From Blastocladiella emersonii ATCC 22665 (taxonomy: Eukaryota; Fungi; Blastocladiomycota): a DNA stretch of 64,000 nt. The number at the start of each line of letters is the position of its first letter. The stretch's first letter is position 1. Location: NCBI GenBank assembly GCA_025594325.1, contig JANHCV010000016.1, positions 248,001-312,000 on the forward strand, given 5' to 3'. Made by a program: the position numbers and the translations under genes. The notes under the pieces are model-generated. The model ran no database searches. It saw nothing but the letters and a program-made list of their open reading frames with translations, and was not told the DNA's origin. This document shows, piece after piece, positions 10,663 to 21,508 of the stretch.

Positions 10663-10728
10663 GGTCGAGTTAGTCATTGTATATACACGCATCCCGTTTT
10701 CCTGTTGAAAGTAGTGTACATGAGAGAG

Positions 10729-11208
10729 TCAGGTTGTGGATGAGGCGAGCACGCGGTGGCAGTTCTCAGTCGCCTCGTGCAGCGCCCGCACGGCGCGGCG
10801 CAGGTGGCCCGACCGCTGCACCCCGTCGAGCACCGCCTGCACGTCGTCAATCGTGTCGGCCGCGCGCGCGACGCCGCGGTCGATCTCGCCCAGCTTCGTC
10901 TACACGTTCGCATCGCCGCGCGTAAGCCTCGTGTCGCGCGGGTCCACTGTTGAGCGATCGGACCTGGATCTGCATCATCCCCGTACCGCTCTTGACGCCG
11001 AGCAAGTGCGTCGCACGTAGCGCCGCCTCGGCGTCCGCGTACACGGCCTCGCCGAGCGTCACCATGGCCTTGGCGAGGTGCTTGGCCGAGCCTGCCGACG
11101 ATGCCGCGTCGCGCGAGGCAGAAGACGACGGGGAGGCGGTCGAAGCAGCACGCCGGAGCGGGGACGGGCCCGTGGATGTGGTTGCAGTGTTTCTCGGTGA
11201 AGATTGCA
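10729..11208 (-). CDS. Small putative coiled-coil protein, head-to-head with WDR19; exon structure unresolved
   Basis: Coding-like segments MQSSPR...HLAKAMVTLGEAVYADAEAAL and TKLGEIDRGVARAADTIDDVQAVLDGVQRSGHLRRAVRALHEAT...*; I could not make the splice phases agree. Confidence 0.35.
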
Positions 11209-11417
11209 TGGGGTTACGTCGTTCCGTTACATGACTTGGCGAGGGCACGGAGAAAAGGCGGCCGACGAAACGTGATGACGACGCGTGGGCGCGACGCGTC
11301 TCGCGCCTCCTCCGCCTCGCTGACAGGAGAGATCGGCGCTCGAGGACTTGCTCTGTACCGCTCGAGGCATCCCATGTATCGCATGCCGCCAGCCACTCGG
11401 CGCAGTCATTCGCCAGC

Positions 11418-14400
11418 ATGAAAGTGCGTTGCCCGCCGGTGGGGGCCCGCACGACGCCCGACTAACGCGACACGGCGCAGAGGGTCCACGTCATCGACCA
11501 AAAGACGCTCGGCGGGACGCTCAGCAACCGGAGCAACGAGGCGCTGAACCGGGCGTACCCGCCGCCGGCGCACGTCGCGTGGCAGCCGGGCCCGGGCGTG
11601 TACCTGGCGGCCGTCGGCGTCAACAGCTACGCGCTGCGGATCCACGACCGCCAGGGCGACCTCGCCGACATCGTGAACCTGACGTCGGCGTGCGCGCAGC
11701 TCGCGTGGAGCCCTGACGGCAGCATCTTGGGCATCGCGCAGACCCAGGGCGCCGCGCTGCTGCTGTGGCGCGCCGCGTCGCGGTCCGAGTCGGCCGTCGA
11801 GACCAACATGCGCGGGTTCTTGTGCCTCGCGTGGAGCCGGACGGGCGCCGTGGTCGCCGCGGGAACCGCCAAGGGGAACCTACTGCTGCACCACGTCGCG
11901 CAGAACCGGTCGGTCCCCGTGCTCGGCAAGCACGAGCGCGCCATCACGGGCATGGCGTGGACGCGCAACGACACGCTCGTCACGGTCAGCGACGACCGCA
12001 GCTTCTCCGTGTCGACGCCCGACGGCGACACCGTGTTCCATCAGACGCTCAAGTCGGCGCCGCGCGACCTGCGCCTGCTGTCGCTCGTCATGCCCGACGA
12101 CCCGAACGGCAGACCGCACACGGTCGCTGCCATGGCCGTCGAGGGCGGCAAAAACGTGTACCTGCACTCGCTCACGGCACCGACGTCCGCCGCGCCCATC
12201 GAGTTTGCCCTCCAGCTCAAGTACGGCCCCGTCGTCGCGCTCGCGCCCGTCCCGCTGCACCTCTCGGGCGGGAGCAGCGCGCCCGCATCGAACGGCGGGG
12301 ATGCGCCGATCCTCGCGGGCCGCCTCGCCGTCGCGTGCGCCAACGGCTACGTCATCTTCCTGTCGCTGCAGGCCAAGGATCTCGGCCAGGAGGTCGCGGG
12401 CGCGCGCCCGTTCAAGGGCAACCCGCTGACGGCCGTCGCGTTCTCGGCGGGCGACGAGCCTGGGCTCTCCATGGCGCTCGCCAGTGGCGGGATCGTCAAG
12501 GTCATCGACGTCGCGCAGTCGCCCGACCTGCGCGAGATCGCGTACACGGTCAACGTCGACGACGGGGACGCGGACGTTAGCGCGCCGGTCGAGCGCGTCG
12601 CGTGGTCTGCGGACCGGCGGTTTTTGACCGTGTGCAAGGGGTACGTCCTTAGTGGATTCTAGTGCGTGTCCGCAATCGCTGACACCATGGAGCGGGTAGT
12701 GGCGACGTCATGACTTATGTCTCGTCGGTCTCGGCCGTCGCGGCGACCAACGGCGACATCACCGCGTCCGTCTCGGGGCTCAACGAGGTGTCGCTGAACG
12801 GCGGGAACGGCGCGGCCGTCCGCAAGCTCACGGTCGGCGGCGAGCCGCAGCTCATGGCCATGACCCGCACTCATGTACGACTTCGCATCACAGCTTCGAT
12901 GACGGGCGGAACTGACTTTGACCGAACTCCAGATCGCGGCCGCGTGGGGATCCACTGCCGCCGTGTACGACCTCGCCGAGCTGCAGCTCCGCGTCACGCA
13001 CGCCGCCGCGGGCCCGGTCCTCGCCATGGACCTGCACCCGGCGCACCTCTACGTCGTGACGGCCAAGGACATGGCCGTCGTCCGCGTTCCCGCCGCACAG
13101 CCGGCCAACGCCAAGTCCATCGCCGCGTTACCCGCTCCGATTACCAGTGAAGTCCTCGCGACGCTCGGCCGCCCGGCGCTCCTGTCGGCCGCACACCCGC
13201 AGCTCCTCGTCGCGACGCACGGGACCACCATCTCCGTGTACGCGCCGCCGGCGCGGCGGTGCATCGACTACGACCTGCACAAGCCCATCACGCAGCTCGT
13301 GGCGGGCCCGCAGTCGCCGCTGCTGCTCGTCGACACGGGGTCCGCGGCCGGGTGTCTGATCGTCAACCCGGCGCAGGGCACCGAGGTCAGCGTGCCCGCG
13401 GGCATGGGGAATCGGTACCTGTGGGACACGGCGCTGCCGAACGTGCTGTACGCGTGGACCGACGGTGGGAGTGGGAACGGCGGTGCAGCCGGTGGGGATG
13501 GCGGGGTGGACCGCCGCGAGTCGCTCACGACGCTCGTGTACCTCCCGCAGACGCTCACGGGCCCGCCAGCCGTCGTCGCGGCGTGCTCGGTCCCGCTGCC
13601 CGCCAACTGGACGCCCGCGCACGTCACGCGCGGCACCGTGACGTGCGTCGCGCCCGGCGGCCGCACGCTCGCGTTCACGGCACGCGACGGGTCGCTGCTC
13701 GCCAACTACTACCTCGGGGACACGGCCAAGGTGGTGGGCGCCGTGGCGCGGATGCGGCAGCAGCAGGTACAGCAACAACAAGGCGCGACGCAGCTGTCGC
13801 TCATGGACGCGCGGCAGGTCGCGCAGCTCGTCGACGCGTGCCTGCAGTCGCTCGACCTCGCGACCGCCGCACACGTGCTGCAGCTCGCGGGCGAGCCGGC
13901 GCGCGCCGCGTACCTGTTGGCGTGCGCGCAGGGCGACACCGAGGCGGCGGTCCTCCGCGGCCACGTCCTCGTGTACCTCAACGACATCACGGGCGCGCAG
14001 GAAATGTACCTTCGCAGCCGGCAGCCGCGGCGCGCGCTCGACCTGCGCCGCGACTTGCTGCAGTGGGAGCAGGCGCTCGCGCTCGCGGCCAAAGTCGCGA
14101 CGCCCGCCGAGGAGGTTGAGTTGTCGCGTGCGTACGCCGTGAGCCTCGAGGCCGAGGCCCGGTACGCCGACGCCCTCGTCATGTACAACCGCGCCCGCGA
14201 GGGGTGTGTCCCCGGGTCTCGCACCGAGCGCGTGTGCGCGTTCGGCGCCGCGCGGATGCGCCTGCGTGTTGGAGACTTCAAGGCGCTCCGCACCGTCGTC
14301 GAGCTCAACGATATGGGGCTCATGGCCGACGCCGGCGCGATCCTCGAGGAGATGCGCGAGTACGCTGACGCCGCCGCGCTGTTTGAGCGCGCGGGCAAGT

Positions 14401-16159
14401 GGGACCGTGCCGCCGCCAACTACCTCCGCGTCAAGAACCTCGGTAAGCTCGCCAAGGTCATGGCGAAGCTGGCCGCTGGCGCCGCGCCGTCATCCGGCAC
14501 CGCGGCCGGTTCGGGCACGGGTGCGAGTTCCGCTGCGTCCTCGCCGTCGCTCGCGTCGCTGTGGTCCGAGTACGGCACGCAGCTCGAGGCCGCGGGCCAG
14601 GTCGAACCGGCGCTCGACGCGTTCACGCGGGCGCGCGACGCGGTGCAGGCGACGCGCCTGCTGCTGTCGCTGTCGCGGATCGACGAAGCCGTTGCCATGG
14701 TGCGATCGACGCGTTCGCGAGAGGCGGCGCGGCTCGTAGCCGACTTCTTCGCGCGCATGGGCAACGCGGCGGCCGTCATCGAGTTCTACGTCCTCGCCGA
14801 CATGCGCAGCGAGGCGCAGGCGCGGGCGCGCGACGCCGGGCTCGTGCACGTGTATCTGGACCTGCTGGGCGACGACATCTCGCACGAGGACCTGCTGGCG
14901 GCCGCGCTGTACTACGAGCAGCGCAAGGACGCGCTGCGTGCGGGGCAGTACTACATGCGCGCGGGCCACCACGAGGCCGCCGTCGCGCACCTGCTGCGGT
15001 GCGGCGACGCCCGCGAGGCGCTCGACCTCGCCATTGAGTGTGTCGGCCGCGCCCGCAGCGACGCGCTCACGCACGAGGTTGTCGCGCATCTCATGACGGG
15101 CACCTCGGCGGCCGCCAAGGACCCGCGCTACATCTTCCGCCTGTACATGAGCCTCGGCCAGGTCCGCGAGGCCGCGCGCACCGCCCTCATCATTGCGCGC
15201 GATGAGTGGGCCAACGGCAACTATCGCCCCGCCCGCGATGTGCTCCACGAGACGGCGGCCCAGATGCGCGCGGTCAAGTGCCACGTCCCCGCCCAGATGA
15301 GGCACATGCTCATGCTCCTCCACTCGTACATGCTCGTCAAGGTGCTCATCCGCGCCGATGACCATCTCGGCGGAGCCCGTATGCTGGTCCGCGTCTCGCG
15401 CAACATTTCGCGGTTCCCTGCACGTACGTTGACCTGGTCTCGATGATCGGGTGGTGCGAGGACTCACGCGAACGCGGAATGTAGACGTGGTCCCGATTCT
15501 CACGTCGACGGTCCTCGAGTGCCTGCGGACCGGGCTCAAGGGCAGCGCGGCCGAGTTCGCCGCGGTCCTGATGCGCCCTGAGAACCGTGGCCGCGTCGAC
15601 GCCAAGTACAAGAAGAAGATCGAGACGCTTGTCCGGTACGTCTCTCCGTTCGCTCGACTCGATGGCACTGACGCGCGGCCGTTGCCCTCGACAGAAAGCA
15701 GCAGGAGGACGACCGCGATCCCGTCGAGGAGACATCGCCGTGCGTCTACTGCGGCATGGCGCTCGCCGTCACGGAGCTAGACTGCCCCTCGTGCCGCAAC
15801 ACGCTGCCGTTCTGCGTCGCCTCGGTTCGTACTCATCCTATCTCGGTGGACCTGCATCAGAAAAACTCACAACTCGCCGCCTCCGCTGAGTGTAGGGCTA
15901 CCACATGACGCTCCTCGACTGGTCGCAGTGCCCAAGCTGCGCGTCGCCCGGCCTGCTTCCCGCGATGCAGGCGCTCGCGGCCAAGTCGCCCGAGTGTCCC
16001 ATGTGCAGCGCTCAGTGGAGCCCCGCCGCGCTCGCACACGTCCCCGATCCACGCGCCGCGCTGGCCGCGTGGATGGGCGCGGCCGAGTCGGAGGCTGACG
16101 CGGCCGCCGCCGGCTCGCCGACCGCGGCAACGGCAGGAGCGGGTAGCAGTTTGAGCTGA
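11418..16159 (+). CDS. WDR19: Intraflagellar transport protein IFT144 / WD repeat protein 19
   Basis: Spliced N-terminus MK|RVHVIDQK...[14 protein letters not shown]...IHDRQG. TPR-like region; [22 protein letters not shown]...[19 protein letters not shown]; C-terminal CxxC zinc-finger motifs. Introns include 11424-11480, 12641-12699, 12875-12932 and 15424-15484, with two more near 15636 and 15825. Confidence 0.93.
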
Positions 16160-16342
16160 TAGGCGGAGTTGGGGAGCGGTGTAGCAACTGACATGGATAC
16201 ATCATGATTGCCATCACATCACGCATCTTTTACATGTGCTTTGCATGAGGGGCGAGTTGGAGCTGAAGACGAACGCGCTCATGTCGCGCACCTCGTCCTC
16301 ACGCGGTCCTTCCTCCCCCAACGCCCCCAACGAAGCCCTGTC

Positions 16343-17935
16343 ATGGAACTCGCCATTGTAGTCTTACGCATCGCGCGCTGCCTCGAGAACCCCGAGGACC
16401 GCTACGCGGCGTTGCCGCGCGTATGCCGAGCGTGGCGCGACGCGCTCGCCGTGGACGCGCTCGTCATCGAGTCGCGCGACGCCCTGGAGCGCCACGTCGA
16501 GTCGCTCCGCGCCCGCGGCTCTTGGCGTGCACCGCGAGCGCTCGTCCTGCGCGGCATCGAGGAGCCCAAGTTCACGTCGTCGACAAACATCCTCGGCGCC
16601 GAGTGGCTACACGCCGTGCTCGTCGCGTATGGCGACACGCTCGAGCGACTCGTCCTTGACGACGTACACCCGTTCAACGGCGACGCTGTTGACGCCTACC
16701 TCGCGGTGACGGCACCGCCACCCGCTGTCTTCGGCAAGGGCAAGACGGCGCCCGAGAAGTGGGTCGTGCCGCCGCCGGCGTGCCCGCGGCTCCGCCACCT
16801 CTCGATTGCGTCGTGTCGCACCGTTAGTCCGCGCGCCATGCACACGTTCCTGCACCGGCTCGGCGTCGCGACCTCGGTCCCGCCCGTCACCTGGCCGGGC
16901 AGCGCGTCGACGGCAAGCGCGCCCGCGGACCAGGTGCCGCGCGTCCCGCTCGAGTCGCTCCGCCTTGTTGGGAGCGACACCGTGGTGACGGTGCAGCTGC
17001 TGCAGGCGCTCCTACCGGTTGTACACGCCGTGTCGCACGACGAGCATTCGTACGCGGCTCCGCCGGCCTACTCTGCGCTCCCGACGCACGCCGACTCGGT
17101 GGGCGGCGGGCTCGCGCGGCTTGACCTGAGCGGGAACCCAGACGCGGTTACGGACGCGCTGCTCGCCTCGGCCGTCGCGCCTGTCGCGGCGCAGCTCACG
17201 CACCTCGCGCTCGCCGGGTGTCTGCAGGTCACGGCGCGCGGGCTCGGCGCGGTGCTCAGCTCGGCAGCGCGCCTGCAGTCGCTCGATGTTGCCGGGTGCG
17301 CCCGGCTCGCGACAGACCAGGCGGGTCTCGCACGAGGGCTCAAGGCCGTCGGTGGCTCCCTTCGCCGCCTGGTCCTCGCGCCGGTCCCGTCGTCCGCGAC
17401 TCCCGCGCCATGGATCCACCCGGCGCTCCTCGACACACTCGCGTCCGGGCTCCCGCGCCTCGAGTCGCTCACGGTGCAGCACACGGACGACGACCGTCTG
17501 CCGTGCGTGTGCGCGGGCCTGCAGCTCCCACTCTCTGCGCTCACCCGCGTGCGCGTCCTGCACCTCGTCGCGGTCCCCGGGTCCGGCTCGCACGGCGGCG
17601 TGCCCGTAGGCCTGCTCCACCGGCTGCTCCTGTCGGGCGGCGGCATCGAGACGGTCGTCGTCGACGCACCGGTCGCGGTGCGCGCCGACCGCTGGGTTGC
17701 GCTCGCTACGGCGTCGCGGTTCACCAACTGGAACACGGTCAGCTCGGCGCTTTACCAGTGCGCCGAGCAGCAGTGTCTCGCGGGCGGCGGCGACGCCATG
17801 GCCCGCGTCGTCGCGGATGCCGAGGGCGAGGCGCACGTCAACGCTGAGCTCGAGAAGGTGGCATACGAGCGCGGGCTGGCCCGAGTGCCGCGCGTCGTGA
17901 TTTTGTCTGCTCGCTCGATGAAGGATGAAGATTGA
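16343..17935 (+). CDS. F-box/leucine-rich-repeat protein
   Basis: N-terminal F-box-like LPRVCRAWRD. LRR units LRHLSIASCRTVS, LARLDLSGNPDAVTDALL, LTHLALAGCLQVTARGL, LQSLDVAGCARL. Confidence 0.8.
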   Translation: MELAIVVLRIARCLENPEDRYAALPRVCRAWRDALAVDALVIESRDALERHVESLRARGSWRAPRALVLRGIEEPKFTSSTNILGAEWLHAVLVAYGDTLERLVLDDVHPFNGDAVDAYLAVTAPPPAVFGKGKTAPEKWVVPPPACPRLRHLSIASCRTVSPRAMHTFLHRLGVATSVPPVTWPGSASTASAPADQVPRVPLESLRLVGSDTVVTVQLLQALLPVVHAVSHDEHSYAAPPAYSALPTHADSVGGGLARLDLSGNPDAVTDALLASAVAPVAAQLTHLALAGCLQVTARGLGAVLSSAARLQSLDVAGCARLATDQAGLARGLKAVGGSLRRLVLAPVPSSATPAPWIHPALLDTLASGLPRLESLTVQHTDDDRLPCVCAGLQLPLSALTRVRVLHLVAVPGSGSHGGVPVGLLHRLLLSGGGIETVVVDAPVAVRADRWVALATASRFTNWNTVSSALYQCAEQQCLAGGGDAMARVVADAEGEAHVNAELEKVAYERGLARVPRVVILSARSMKDED

Positions 17936-18958
17936 ATGTACGCCAGGAGAGTTGCTGGTGCGAGACGCGCGCAAAAACGCGAGACAGTTTCAAGCCACCC
18001 GGTCCACGTGCAAGGTGCGGTGGTGCGGTGAGCGGTTTTTGCGTGCGGCATTTTTTTTTGCCCTGGGCCTCCGGAAAACCGCGCTTCTCCACCACCTCCT
18101 CCACCTCCTGTCACGCTCGCCCGCTCTCTCTCTCTCGGAGGCACCCTGTGATGAACGATACTGCCATGAATCTACTGTCGGTCTCGTCGTCCATCGACGC
18201 GGCCCACCATGAAGCATCCAATGTATCATCTCCACTGGCCATGCATCGACACCCTCGCTGCGCGCTCGTCGGGCGCCCTTGAGCCTGCTCGCTGACTTGT
18301 TCAAGGAGGACCTCATGATCCTCGCCAACTCGACTGCCTCAGCGCGATGCGCCATACTCAGCACCTCCACCGCGGCTCGCATACTGTCCTTCGTGAATCT
18401 CCGGCTTAGTCCACAGGCGACGGTGCTCGCTCACCTCGAAGGCCAACACACCTTCGCCCTTCTCGCTCTCGCCAGCGCTCGTCCTCGATGCTCGCCCCCC
18501 GCTATCCGATGCTGCACGTGAGCCGGCGTTCATCCATCTGCCCCAACCGCCACTCGGCCGCAGCAAACCGTACGGTCTCGCCGCATCGCCACCCCACCAT
18601 TAACACCGTGAGGAACTCGCCGCTGCTTGATTGGTCGCCTCATTCACCCGCCACCTTGTTCAGCGCGCGTGCGAGCGGCTGAAATCATTGCGGCAAACGC
18701 CCGCCCGCAGCAACAATGAACCAACGGGCGTCGCAGGGACCGTTACACAATGCGAATCCTGCGGCTTGCTCGCTCCATCGCACGCGCGCGTGCACGAGCC
18801 ACGCGGTGGTCGCAATTCTCGGCCATTGCGTACGATGGTACTCTGCATCGGCGCCGACTCGTATCGATCGCCATCGGGCCCATTTTGCTGCTTTCTGCCC
18901 ACTCGCTACCGTGCGCTCACGCCTCGCGGCCAGCGCCCCCGTCGCCGACGGCCACGGG

Positions 18959-18966
18959 TATAAAAG
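18959..18966 (+). promoter_or_regulatory. TATA box of ferric reductase-like gene 1
   Basis: TATAAAAG about 85 nt upstream of ATG 19051. Confidence 0.7.
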
Positions 18967-19050
18967 GGACCCGCAAGCGCGCTACCTCCTTCGCGCTCTC
19001 CATCTCAAACCGTCCTTTCCATCCCCCTCGCTTGCTTGCTCTCCACCACC

Positions 19051-21495
19051 ATGCCCTGCTCCTCCGCGTCTCGGGCACCCGCCCGCGTCGCGCTCGCCCT
19101 CTACTCCGTCGCCTTCGCCGTGTCTCTGTGGCGCGACGTCGTCCGCAACGCCGCCAAGCTCTCGACCATGGGCGGGCTCACCGTCGGCCTGACGTGGACC
19201 TACGACGGAATCTTCTTCCTCGGCTTCGCGCTCCCGCTCTTCCTCGCCACGCTCGTCACCCTCGTCGCTGCCTCCAAGCCCGGCGGCATGGCGCCCGCTG
19301 TTGTTTCCGCGTCGCCCGAGCGCACCGTGGCCGTCCTGCGCACCGTTTTCGTCGTTGGCAACCTGATCCAGTTCGCCCTCACGCTCATCGCCAAGTACGC
19401 GATCCCGGTCATGTCCATGATGCACAACCACCGCGGCCACGGCGACGGCGCTATGGCCTTCGCCATGAAGCTCGGCGAGGTCTCGGGCCGCGCGGGCATG
19501 CCCGTGTTCTGGAACATGGCGTGGTCCTTCATTCTCGCCGTCCGCCACCCGCATCTCTCGCCCATGTCAACTTTCGGCCTTTTGTACGAGCACATGATCG
19601 GTGTGCATCGCACGATTGGGTGGTGGACTACCGGTTGGCTCAGCTGGCACTCGTTCGGCTACGTGGTCGCGTATCTGCTGCAGGGGACGTTCATCAAGTC
19701 CATGTCGCCGACGCCCACGCCGACCATGGGTTTCACTGGTATCATCGGGGTACGTCGTCATCGTTTTGGACCTCGGAGCTCGCTTGTACGTGGTGCTAAC
19801 TCGCGACACGATCCAGACTGGCTGCCTCCTCATCATGGCCGCGGCCGGCATCTCGCGCGTCCGCCGCTCGTCCTACAACGTGTTCGCACTGGCCCACTGG
19901 CTCTACGTCCCCTTCGTGATCCTCTCGGTGCTCCACGTCTCGACCTACCTCTTCATCCTCCTCCCACCGATCGCCCTCTTCATCATCGACCGCGTCGTGT
20001 CGTACACCAAGCCGTCGACGGCCGTGTGCGGCGCCGCGACGGCCACGGTCACCGCGGTCCGCGTCTCGGCCGACGTCGTCGCCGTCCTAATCCCTGTCGG
20101 CCCCTCGCCCTCCATGTCCTCCTCGACCTCCTCGGACCTCGACGCAAAGTCGCCGCTCGCCTCGGCTCCGCTGTCGCGCGAGGACCAGGAGCTCGCCGAG
20201 ACGTACCGCGCGGGTCGCTTCGTCACGCTCGCGTTCCCCGACCAGCTCGCGACACCCGCGCACCCGTTCTCGATCGCCGCCTACTCGCCCGCCAACCGCA
20301 CCGTGTCGATCATGATCCGCGCGCTCGGCCCGTGGTCGCGCCGCCTGCACGCGCTCGCGTCGCCCGCCGGCGAACCCGTCGTGCTGCGCGTCGCCGGCCC
20401 GTTCTCGACGGCGGTCGTGGCCGCCGACGAGTGGCTCGACGAGGACCTCGCGGCCGCGGCGCGCGACGTCGAGGCGACCGCCGGCGCGGGCCAGGCGTGG
20501 TCGCGCGCTCTCGTTGCGGGCGGCGTCGGCGTGTCCAAGTTCCTCGGCACGCTGCCCACGGGCGCGTCGGCGGCCGTCGTCGGCAAGGCGCGCAAGAGCA
20601 GCACGTACAAGTCGCCGCTGCTCGCCGACTCGGTCATGGACAAGGACAACGACGTCGACGCCGAGATCACGTCCACGTCGTCGGGTACCGCGGCGTCCGC
20701 GTCGTTCGACCTCGCGCGCGCCGCCGGCCGGCGCAAGCTGTGGCTGTGCAAGGACTCGCGCGAGTACCACATGTACGCGGCGCTCGGCGCCGACCTCACG
20801 GGCTGGGAGGTGTACTCGCGCAAGGGGTTCGCCGAGCCCGAGGGCGATGACGCGGTCCCGACCACGTTCCCGCTGTTCGAGCAGCGCGTCGCGGCGACCA
20901 TGTCCACGGCCGCCCGCGTCGCCGTCTTCCTTGCGTGCATGGCCGTGTACACGGCGTTCTACCTCGTGGTACGTCTCCTCTCACGCCCGAACTCTCTTCA
21001 CGACCAGCTCGCTGACTTTATCGACTGCTTGCTCGCTCACAGGGCCGTCTCTCGCTCAAGTACGATGCCAAGGCGTGCGCCAAGGTGACGACGTTCAGCC
21101 TGTGGGTGAAGTGCAACAAGGCCTTCTCGATGCTCCCGCTCCTCCTCATCCTCGTCGCCTTCCCAATCACGGTCCAGCTCATCTCGTCGCTCGCCGCCGT
21201 CGGCCGCACCTCGACCCGCCACGGCGACGTGTTCCGGTGCCACGCGCCGCCGTCGCCCGCGGCCGTGACCCTCGTCCCGCGCCGGTTCGACGCGACCAAG
21301 GACCTCGACCTCGTTCTCGGGTCCGGCGACGACAAGTGCTCGGCCGTCCGCCGCGTCGGCGAACTCACAGGCGTCGCCGCGCCCCGCGCATCGGTGCTCC
21401 GCAGCTGCACCAGCAAGCCCGTTCGCAACATGCTTCGGGGACACGCCATGACGGCGGGCACCGTGTCCCACGTCGACGATGGCGTCGGGTTCTAG
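19051..21495 (+). CDS. Ferric/cupric reductase-like transmembrane flavocytochrome, paralogue 1
   Basis: Introns 19750-19816 and 20969-21042. Four heme His (VHRTIG, WHSFG, AHW, VLH), FAD motif HPFSI, IRALGPWSRRL, VAGPF, NAD(P)H motif LVAGGVG, two extra C-terminal TM helices. Confidence 0.88.
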
Positions 21496-21508
21496 TTGAT
21501 GATGATTT

